Of a stretch of DNA of 64,000 nt, positions 53,437-64,000 are shown piece by piece. A model generated the notes under the pieces. That model made no database searches. It was not told where the DNA came from and saw nothing but the letters and a program-made list of their open reading frames with translations. A program made the position numbers and the translations under genes. This DNA comes from Chrysomallon squamiferum (lineage: Eukaryota; Animalia; Mollusca). The DNA is taken from positions 15,190,001-15,254,000 of the forward strand of contig CM022671.1 of assembly GCA_012295275.1 (NCBI GenBank), read 5' to 3'. Position 1 is the first letter of the stretch, and the number at the start of each line of letters is the position of its first letter.

Positions 53437-54786
53437 CTGAAATAAAAATAAAAGAACTGAATTACAGTCAAATGTCCGATTCTTTATTTTGGGTATTACA
53501 CCAGAAAGGTCTCATATTTTATACATTTTATACAGAAATAAAAGAAATTAAAACAAAACACAATAAAAATAACAATAAATGAATTGAAAAAAGAAATATA
53601 TTAATTGCCTTAAAGACAGAAAATCTAATTCAAGCTTAAAAAATATGAATAATAACAATAATAAAAAAATGAAACACAAATTCAATACCATCTATGTAAG
53701 TAACAAAGACCTAATTTTTCTATTAAAATAGTGTAATAGAAAAATAAGGTCTAAAAATACTGACAAACACAAACAAAAGATTAATGCATAATTCATAAGA
53801 CAGTGTAGAAGTCAATGATTACTGAAAGAAGAAACTACTATATTAAAATAAAAAAAATTATTATTTTTTATTTCAAAAAAATTAAAATGGTATGCTATAT
53901 GGATTTTTTGATGGATGCTCTTGTTTATTACATGTTTCCATTACCTACCATGTGTGTGTGTGTGCATGTGCGTGCGCGTGCGCATAAAATGTGTATATCT
54001 GTGTAAACATGTTTGTTCATTCAGTAAAATATCAATAAGATCTATTTGAACTAGTGAATTTCAAAAGTTAACATGTTTAATTTAGTGTAAACAGACCATT
54101 ATACACCTTTCACAGCAGACCTACTCTATGAACAGTGAATTGACTAAACCTGTTAGTCCAAATTAAATAAATATTTTATGTGGAATGAAGTAAAAAAAAA
54201 CAAAATAATAATAAAAATAAATAAATATAAACTATTGCTTTGAAAGGTTTTTTGGTGTTTTTTTTTTTTCATTCTTTAATAAAACAACGTCTAAATGATA
54301 ATACTGTGAAACAGGAACAATCTGAAAAACTGTCCAGCTGTTGTTATTTTATTATTAATAAAACCCTGCATGAACTACTTGCTGCCTTTAATTGAAACTG
54401 TACAACAAAAGAATGCTTTATTTATAGACTACTGTAATTAGTTTTGTCTACATCTGCATGATTTTTTTTTCCTATACTGTTTATCTGTAATCAGCTTATA
54501 TAGAATTATATACCATTCTTGTTTAATTAGGGATACAAAGCCAAACGAAATAAACAATGGTATTTATGTATAAAAATTACAGGATTGTTATACTGCAGCT
54601 ACTCAGATTCAGTCTGTTGTGAAAAACAGCAACAACCTAATAATGCAGTGTTTACATTTCTAGATCTTAGTGAAATTTACAGTGCAGAGCAACCAGAGAA
54701 ACAACATTAACTGAGTAATTTTTGTCAAATCATCAATGCAATATAAGGATTTAACTTTTTGAAATTTAAAACCAGAAGACTATAAT

Positions 54787-54824
<38 letters not shown>

Positions 54825-55840
54825 TAATGATATTGGTATCAGGCCTTGAAACTGGCCTTCGCTCTACAGGAACTCCGTTAAGCTCTTACTTTTGACTTTA
54901 CAGGGTGGGCAAAATTTTAGGCTTAAAGTACAATTTGCATACATCTTAAAATTAAACTGTTAAGTAACTAGATGGCCACCATTGTGATTTGGTATTTTGC
55001 ATTTTTAAAGTGTAAAAGAATTTGGGTCTTAGATAATGCTGGTCTCCATATGACAACCATTTTACACTGATTTATTTTTAAAATGTTTTCTTATTATTAT
55101 TATGATCGTTGTATGAACCCAAATGCCAGTTACTTGTATGGGAGTCATTAAACAATCAATTATTCTACATGAATAAGTTCCTTATAACCATATGATATAA
55201 AGACTGCAAATCTAATTAAATTCCAAATTTCATTTGTGTATCTTTCAATTTATTTATTAATTTATTAAAATGTATAATTTCGATGGCATCACTGGCTGAC
55301 ATTATTTGTACTGAACTGAAATAATTTCAATGCTAAGTGTCCTATTCTGATCAAAGTCTGCGATCATAAGCTATCTTAGACCTGGATATTTGATATCATG
55401 TCTATGGGATGTCTTGGACACACTAACAACTAACATAGTAACAATGACAGTCTATAAAATTTTAAATGTGTATGAGACTGTGCTATTTATATCTGAATTT
55501 TAAAAAATATATATATATATCTTATCAGCAGGTCATAACAAGTCAAATGTCGATTGTGTGTAAACTCAGAAACTGTAAAATGTAATCGACGAGATCAAGA
55601 GTCGGAGCTAAAACTCGGATTATATAAAAAGAAAAAAATCCGTTTTCATATACTGATATACTGAGATATTCATACTGGTATGATCGGAATAATCCAGAAA
55701 TTTTGTATATTTATTATCAATGTGTTTTTTTTTTATCATGTATTAATGACAATTGACATAACTGAACTTCAGTTCAGAGTGAGAATCTAAAGTCTTTAAG
55801 TTAATAATATTGAGAGAGAGAGAAAGAGATAACTACGCAC

Positions 55841-55934
55841 CTGTTTTTATGTTAACCATTTCGTTAATGCAAAGATTGTCAGCACCACTTTCCGTCAGCT
55901 TCTTATTTACTTCACATTTGTCTGTATTCGACAT
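55841..55934 (-). CDS. SLC35A2: UDP-galactose transporter, coding exon 1
   Basis: ATG at 55934, MSNTDKCEVNKKLTESGADNLCINEMVNIKT, CAG|GTGCGT donor; phase 1 matches exon 2; total CDS 1080 nt = 359 aa. Confidence 0.75.
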
Positions 55935-56164
55935 TCCCGGACAATTTCAGTTCATGTTTTCTGAAAAACGTCACCAAATACCGTAAACGAGAAACTGCGA
56001 GAACTCAAAATTCCATTACAATGGAATTACAGTCATACCACATTATATTACCCAATCTTCAGGTTAAAACGAATGGAAATGAAACCTTCTTGCAAATGAA
56101 CCTAAACCGAAGTAACCTTCCTTGCAAAAGAAATGTTTGATTCTTATGGAAGACAAAGACAGAG

Positions 56165-56223
<59 letters not shown>

Positions 56224-57081
56224 AATAAATAAATAAAGGCAACAATTCCCTTGAAAAAAGAATTCATAGACATTGATGAATTTTTCTGTTTCGAGAATAA
56301 TAATTATGATGTTTTTATGCAATCGAGATAAGACACAAAGATAGTTTAAAAATGATTATTCAATTCTGTTAATCGATATTTGTTATTATTATAATTATTT
56401 ACGACACATCGTCATCGATATATATATATGTTGATTTTTTTTTTCAAAACTTATTTTATTATTATTATTCCCAATAAATATGTAATAAATATATACTTTA
56501 AAATTTTTAAAAATCTGATTTTGTGATTGGTAATCATCGTAATCACATAATGACTAATGTTACTATTTTCTTTCAAACAGGGAAATAAAAACCAGAAACC
56601 GATTATCAGCAGGAAGTATTTAAACAACACGACAGATTTATCGTGGAAAAGAAGCATCATAAAGTTTTTGATATATTTTCTACAACAACTAATATTTTAC
56701 ATTTAATTCAAAAACTGTTGTTGCTATTTTTTGGGCTGTTGTCTTTTGATATAAAGGCCTATATAGTATCAATAATATTTCCTTGATTTGGTAAGTATTA
56801 TACAGGGGCATTTATTATTTCACTTTACTACATTTTATTTGAAAATATTTGGTTTTTTAGACCGGTAGGGAAGATAATTATTTAAACTAAAAATATTCAT
56901 TTAGTATTATTTTTTATTTCGGTTATGATATCAATTAAAAATCGGAATGTGATTGTTAAAATGGAAATTAAATAATCTGATTATGGTCCACACGTGTTTC
57001 GTACTTCATGACTATGACCGCCATCTTGGTTGGGCAAACCCAAAGTGATAGTCTGATTTTTGTTACCGTGGTATAGTTCAG
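55935..57081. promoter_or_regulatory. Divergent promoter region SLC35A2/UBA1 including probable non-coding UBA1 exon 1
   Basis: CpG-enriched; CACGTG at 56991, YY1-type CCGCCATCTT at 57018, CAG|GTAAAT donor at 57081/57082. Confidence 0.65.
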
Positions 57082-59705
57082 GTAAATATTGTCATTTTTC
57101 GGATGCTTTTAAGTTATTCTATATTGTATTTATTAGCAAGCATTACAGTCTGTGAACAAACTAGTGTACCAGAATTTAATGTTCTATCATTTTGAAGCAT
57201 TGCCTTTCCAGGCTTTTGTGAATCGTGAATGTTCATTATTATGGCAGTGCAGCGAGTTCTTATCTTACATTCAGAGTATTTTCTGTGTGTTCAAACAGGT
57301 ATATTAAAATATTTTAAACATGACTAGATGTTACGAAATAAAAAATAAATAATAATATATCAAAAAAAAAAATAATAATAATAAGGTAATTTTTCAATTC
57401 GGGTTCAATATGTAAATATCCGAAAACAGAATCTTAAATGCACAACTGATTATATTCTACACGAAACAGACTGGTATCTCACTATCTCAATATCTGTTAA
57501 AAAACTCATGTGAAATCTAATAATACATTTAAAATATTCATTAGTCTTTGTTTTCAAGAATGACTATAACTTTTAAACGAAGTATTCGTTGATTCGTGAA
57601 GTACTTTCCATTTTTATTTTCATTTTCTTCTTTGCTACCAGTTTAATAGTGCTGGTTACAGTGTTAGATACTTTGTTTATAATTTAAACTGAATATTTAT
57701 AAGGTTTCCAATATGTTCTAAAATTAATTTCACTGGTCGATTTCACAAGATGTTGATTAATTTTCTTGAAAATCAAACCCCATCCTTTTTTTCATAGTTT
57801 AGGCCTAAGATTATTCAGGACTTTTAATCATGCATTTTTCTCATAATCTGCCAAATTTCATACAAATATTTTAGGTAGCAGATATTTGATTTTAATTTTG
57901 TATACCAAAATACGGTGTATTCTCAGCAAATGATGTGGAACATAGCAATTGCTGTAGCTGCCAGTGTTTGAAAAGTTAGATGTTTTGTTTTTATTTTATT
58001 TTTTTTGATTTAGTAATTATGTAGCTTAATATCCAGTTTTAGAAAACATTTTCTTTCTGAAAAGATAATTATGATGACAGTTCATAGCAAGTTCTAATTT
58101 TAAGAATATTTTATATCAGTATAATGAACACTAATTAATGTTGTTAATTAATATATAAAAAATGAATGTTAGCAAAATGCTTGAAAAAATGAATCCCTCA
58201 GCAATTTACCAGTCTTGAAAAGTGATCTTTTTGTATACTTCTATTACTTGTTTAATTTATGTGGAATTTTTGGCAATTACATAATTACGGTGTCAGGTAC
58301 ATTTGAGATAATTAGTGCAATTAATTAAAATTCATGAATGTTATTAACATACGTAAAAATACTCTATAGCTTCACTTTGAGATATATATATATATAAATG
58401 TTTTAATTTGAATCTGTATGAGATATTCAGTGTTTATGTTCCCAAAGGAAGGAAATTAATAACTGTTTCTCCAGTGGGAAGGGAAAATACTGGCAAATTT
58501 TAATAAATAAAAAGTCATACCTTTTTTCAAAGATAGCTTGGTGTTATATTAATCTGCCTTTTTTTAAGCTCTGATGATACATAATTTTATAGGAAAGTGA
58601 TATCTTTTTGGGGAAAATTCACATTCCTACTGCATATCATGGTTTCAGAGCTTTAAGTAGCTAATCAGAAACATTTATAAAATTAGTAAAAGAATCCAGA
58701 TAATGTTCATTAGTACTAGTAGGGATATCAATATCATTCATGAAAGGTATCATTGTTTTTACCCCTTTCTGTTTGCACTGACATTTTAGAACAGCTGGTG
58801 CTGACATTAACAATTAAAGTATGTGGTATAATTTGTCTGCATGTTATATTTTTATTTTGTCACATGGCTGTAAATGTGTGTGTCATCATAAACACTAATT
58901 TTCAAACAAAGTATACAGGATAGTATTCTTTAATGTGTATTGTCATGGAATGAGTATTATTTTAATACCTTGAAAAGAGATCATTTTAGGCATGATGAGT
59001 ATATATAGATCATTATTGTTAGTATTAGGCTTTACATTATTGAAGTTTTGGGGGTTAAAAATCATGTTTATAATACTAACTCAACTGAAAAACCTTTTAA
59101 TAATTTTGAAGATGAAAGAATAATTATTTTATATTTAATAACACTTTCATACCCATATTACTAGTAGTGATTTTGGCCCATTAGATCTATTTCCACTGAT
59201 ATTTGATGATTTTACTAATTTATTATTTATTTGTGGTCATTAACTCAGTTGATACCATCAGTATCAGTTGCATTTGAAATATGCTTTTTGTACTTCTTTT
59301 ATTTTCTTGTATATATTTTTTATTGCTGATATGTGCAAATCTAAAACAAACGCAGTAATAAGCAACTCAAGTATCTCATTTTGTTAAAATGCAGTTGATC
59401 ACTTGACTGTAGTACAGGTAATTTTTAAATTGATTGATTGATTTATTTTATTATTTATTTTTTTTTGCCATTATATTGTGTATATTTTATTTATTAACTT
59501 GTTAGACCTCTCTACATAAACATTCAATAAGTTAGTGTAGATTCTCAGCTTGGCAGGTATACAAGTCTGTTATGTGAATTAGACAAAACTGGGCCTGGTC
59601 ATGCACATTTAACACCAATGTTTTTTTTTTTTTTATTTAACAAATGTTTTTTAAAAAGTTAGTCCTTTTAAAAAGCATTTTAATTATTTATCAATTTTGT
59701 TAAAG

Positions 59706-59804
59706 ATGTCCAATAGTAACGACACTCCTCCTGCCAAGAGACCACGGACTGAAATCATTGGTTCTAACTTCACTACTGATATCACTGCCTTAAGTAATAA
59801 TACG
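59706..59804 (+). CDS. UBA1: Ubiquitin-activating enzyme E1, coding exon 1
   Basis: AG|ATG; MSNSNDTPPAKRPRTE... with basic NLS-like motif; 99 nt; GTAAGA donor. Confidence 0.82.
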
Positions 59805-60093
59805 GTAAGACAAACTTCAGAAGAATTTTGATAAAATATGAATACCAGAATATGCATGCGTTTATATAAAAGCCCACAAAATATCAAATATTTCTGAAAT
59901 AATTATAGGTCAAAAAACTATTTTCTAATTTACAAGTGTCTATGGGATGGGTTAGCAGTTAAAAAAAACAACCCTGCTAGAGTTACCCTTGTCTCCAATT
60001 ACATAAGTAGAGAGTTTTAAAAAAAAAAAAATTGCACAACGCTATTTTCCTCAAGTCCATAACAAATAATGGCAAAACTATTTTTACTTTTAG

Positions 60094-60155
60094 GTGGAAA
60101 TGGCCAAAAATGGTGCTGCCAACGAGATTGATGAGGGCTTGTATTCCAGGCAGCT
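60094..60155 (+). CDS. UBA1: UBA1 coding exon 2
   Basis: VEMAKNGAANEIDEGLYSRQL; AG/GTGAGT. Confidence 0.95.
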
Positions 60156-60914
60156 GTGAGTAGATTTTACTTTATTTTATTTTATTTGTTTTTATTTTTT
60201 GCCATAAATCAAAGCTAGATAATAAATTATTTTATTAAGTTATAATACTGAGTTCACATTTGGCATGCTCAGATATATACTACAGTCCTCAAGCCTTAGA
60301 AAAGAGGGAGATAGCAATATAATGCTTCCTGAAATAAAACTGTCAGTAAAAATCAACACTCTTTGATAAGTGTGAATTACATACTGAGCTTAGCATAGTC
60401 ACTAATGCTATCTGTTACCGTAGTTCAGTTATATTTGTCATGTCATTGTTCAGAAAGGATATTGTTTAAATCTTCTTGCTTGGACTTCCCTAGAGTAGTA
60501 TTACTGGTTCATGTTCTCTATCATTTTAAAAATGCAGAATTTGTTGAAATTTGTTCGGTTTTTTACTAAGTGCGAAAGTGACTGTAGCTGTCTTAATTTT
60601 TTGAAGTCAGTGGTTCAGGATCTAGACCCAATATTGTTATAGAATGAGTGGGTATACCTATTTTTACAATGAGTTAAAAAGTATTGTTGTGCAAGTGACA
60701 CATTTATGCAGTAATAAAAAATGAATAACATAATAAAGAAAAAGAAAACAGAATTTTTAAAATTAATATTAATAGTTATCTTGTTTCAATTATCAAAATA
60801 TTTGAGGGTAAAGAGTTAAGCAGATTTCCTATTCTTTATACTATGTCATTGTTACTGAAATAATGTTTTAAAATGAACTGAGTTTCAAGTAGATAAATAC
60901 ATATTTTCTTTAAG

Positions 60915-61083
60915 GTATGTCCTTGGTCATGAAGCCATGCAACGCATGGCTAGCTCTAATATCCTTATAGCAGGAATGAAAGGATTAGGAATTGAAATTG
61001 CAAAAAATGTGGTGCTTGCTGGTGTGAAATCTGTAACTATACATGACACAGAAACAGCTTCTTGGTTTGACCTTTCTTCCCAG
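60915..61083 (+). CDS. UBA1: UBA1 coding exon 3
   Basis: YVLGHEAMQRM...GMKGLGIEIAKNVVLAGVKSVTIHD...DLSSQ; 169 nt; phase consistent. Confidence 0.96.
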
Positions 61084-62160
61084 GTACTTAATTAAAAATA
61101 TTTATTTTTTGTTAACAATCTATTGCAGAAATGCTTCAAACATGTTTATGCTGTATTGCTTTAGGATCATTATTAATTTAATGAAGACATGATTATTTTT
61201 GATTAATTCATGTCAGTTGTTAATTAATATTGTTAACAGATGAATTTAAAACTATTTTATACATGTACATGGCATATTTTATTTAGAAAAAGAAAGGACA
61301 TATAGCACATCAATTTATTAATGTGCACAACTTTGATTATGGGAAACAAGTCAAATTAAAAAATTGGCCAAATATTAATTTTTAAACAATTTATGAAACT
61401 GACAAAGAGACATCAAAAATTAGTTTACTAACATTTTAAAAACAGTTTATTTAAACAGCAGAAAGCTATTTTGTTACATAAGATAATGTTATTCATCAGT
61501 TTTAATTATATTCTGAAGAATGTTAGTAAAATAAAATGTGGAAATATAACTGTTCATGACAAAAAAAAATTGCAAATTTTAAAATGTCATTATCAAAACT
61601 ACTTGAAATCACCCATGCAAAATCCATAATTTTACAGCTAAAATCTTTTGTTTTCATTGTTGTAAATGTTTTATCCAAAATTTGACGAATCTGTATCTGA
61701 CTGATGAGCTGGGTGGAATTGTAAAAGAGGGGGAGGGAATAATAATAATAATAAAAAAATCCATTACGTTCTTAACTTAGGATAATAAATAACTAGTCAA
61801 CATTTGATTTTTATGTATTTGACACTGTCTCTGGTGCATAGTTTTTTACGTCACTGAAAGTCAGAACATGCATCTGCAAAGTCAGATTTATAAATATATA
61901 GCCATTTTGTAGAAACAGTGCCATGAATATTAATTACTAATTTATGTGGCTTGACGACCCATGAACAAAATGGCACCTGTATGTAAATGTAAATAGCTAA
62001 ACACTGAATTCATTTCAAGTCTTGAACATGTATAATGATTCTGCATTTAATCAATATGTAAATGTAAATGTGAAGGCTTTGGCTGAAAGTTAAATTAATT
62101 TCAACTCCTGAACATGTCTAATGATTCTGCATTTAATCAAAACTCATTCGATTGGATTAG

Positions 62161-62295
62161 TTTTTCCTTCGAGAAGCTGATTTGGGGAAGAACAGAGCAG
62201 AAGTCAGCCAGCCAAGGCTAGCAGAACTAAATGGATATGTTCCAGTGATCTCACACACAGGACCATTATCTGAAGATTTTCTTCAGAAATTTCAG
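62161..62295 (+). CDS. UBA1: UBA1 coding exon 4
   Basis: [29 protein letters not shown]...FLQKFQ; 135 nt. Confidence 0.95.
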
Positions 62296-62494
62296 GTTAA
62301 TTTAGTTTTGTTTTATTTTCTTGTTGGAAAATTATTTTATTTATTTTTTAAATATTTTATTCATTAATTATTTTTTTCTAAATTGTTTTTCTAATATTAT
62401 GCAATCTTTTGATTTATCATTCCACCATAATTGAAATAAAAGTTGATTGTTACTACGTAAATTGTTAACTTTTATTTAACAATTTTGTTCTCAG

Positions 62495-62601
62495 GTTGTT
62501 TGCTTGACAAATTCTAATAATGAGGAACAAATAAAAATTGGTGAATTTTGCCACAAGAAAGGAATTAAATTCATTGTTGCAGATACCAAAGGTCTATTTG
62601 G
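62495..62601 (+). CDS. UBA1: UBA1 coding exon 5
   Basis: VVCLTNS...[21 protein letters not shown]; 107 nt. Confidence 0.95.
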
Positions 62602-63065
62602 GTATGTTATGAAACTTATAATTGTCTGTAAAAAAAAAAAAAAAATAATAATAATTTTGTTTTAGATACTGTTGATTTTTTTTTTTTTTTTTTTTATTTT
62701 TTTTTGTTATAATTTTTAAAATGTAGTGAAGTAGAAAGTGCAGATCTGAATGTTTCTTTATTTGCTCTTGTTATTGACAATGATTTGAATTACAGAACAG
62801 TTAATAGATCAATAATACAGGAAAAAACAAAAATACATGTCTCACCATTGGAAAAAAACAACCCTGCAAGGATAAGATAATTGGGATATCTGCTCTAGTT
62901 ATAATGAGAAACAACATAACTCCTTAACACCATCATATGAATGGCTTATTTAATGTAATATTACTTACTCTGTGTATGTTCTTCTCTTGTTTTGACTCAT
63001 GATTTAGTGTTACTTTGTTATAATTGTTTGATTTTTTTTTTTTTACAAATTAATAATAATTACAG

Positions 63066-63156
63066 CAAAATCTTCTGTGACTTTGGAAGTGAATTTGTTA
63101 TCACTGATGTTGATGGTGAACAACCTACAAGCAACATGGTTGCATCTATCACCAAG
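63066..63156 (+). CDS. UBA1: UBA1 coding exon 6
   Basis: KIFCDFGSEFVITDVDGEQPTSNMVASITK; 91 nt. Confidence 0.95.
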
Positions 63157-63509
63157 GTAATAACATTTATTACGTGTATCACTATTTAAACAGTCTACCC
63201 ATACTTTTAAAAATCTGTTTAATGTTAACACAAATGCTTAATTGAGTTGTTGTTAAAGAAATAAAAATGTATAACTGATTATTATTAAAAAAAAATGTAA
63301 CTAAAAATTTATGACATAGCAGTATGGAATAAACACAAGTTCCAAAAAAAAAAAAAAGTTTTTTTTTTATTTAAGAATCTGATTGTTCTTATTTTATATT
63401 TAAATTATATTTCAGTTCAGGTTATTAATATGTGTTATCTTTCTCTACAGCATTTTTGTTTCTACAAAAATTTCACCTGCTTTTATATTTGTTTTATTTT
63501 TTTAATTAG

Positions 63510-63642
63510 GACAAAGATGGTGTTGTGGCCTGTGTTGATGAGACAAGACATGGCTTTGAAGATGGAGATCATGTTACTTTCTCTGAAGTCAAGGGAATGA
63601 CAGAACTAAATGGATGTCGTCCAGTGAAAATCAAAGTTTTAG
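63510..63642 (+). CDS. UBA1: UBA1 coding exon 7
   Basis: [44 protein letters not shown]; 133 nt. Confidence 0.96.
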
Positions 63643-63820
63643 GTAAATTAAAGTTAATCAAATTTTTGGAATGTAATTTATTTGTACATACTTTATATAA
63701 AAACTAAACATCAGATTTCTAAATTTGAATCTCATAGTTTTATTATTATTTTTATTATTATTATTATTATTATCATCAGGAGATATCATTAATTATCTGA
63801 ATTATGCTTTTTATTATTAG

Positions 63821-63918
63821 GTCCATACACATTTAGTATTGGAGATACAAGAAAGTTCTCAGACTACATTCGAGGAGGAATAGTAACAAAAGTGAAAATG
63901 CCCAAAACAATAAAATTC
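63821..63918 (+). CDS. UBA1: UBA1 coding exon 8 (gene continues beyond window)
   Basis: [33 protein letters not shown]; 98 nt; GTATGT donor. Confidence 0.95.
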
Positions 63919-64000
63919 GTATGTATCCAGTTTTTTTTTTATTGATTTTTCACTGAATACTTATCTGGAAAACAAAAAATGCATTATCTAATTTAAAAAA

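Overview
AT-rich, intron-containing animal DNA (invertebrate, mollusc-like by repeat content; the taxon cannot be proven from this window). The right end holds two head-to-head housekeeping genes: a complete 3-exon UDP-galactose transporter (SLC35A2-like, minus strand, 359 aa) and the first 8 coding exons of ubiquitin-activating enzyme E1 (UBA1, plus strand, runs off the window). About 28 kb (11.3-39.7 kb) is a tandem array whose ~440-bp monomer is built like an intron plus an 83-84-nt exon (branch point, pyrimidine tract, AG, exon, GT). Its core is 18 near-identical ~1.32-kb trimers (A-B-C) flanked by older, diverged monomers. Only subunit A keeps both splice sites; B has a 22-bp micro-inversion over its branch point. 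A-to-A splicing would give a chain of 28-codon ORFs linked by ATGA stop/start overlaps (untested hypothesis). The rest is degraded mobile DNA (Tx1/L1-clade LINE, two I/Nimb-type LINE pieces, a hAT-Charlie element with intact TIRs and 8-bp TSD), hairpin-bearing minisatellites, local duplications and microsatellites. Most ORF-track entries are low-complexity artefacts. All coordinates and counts were read by eye.
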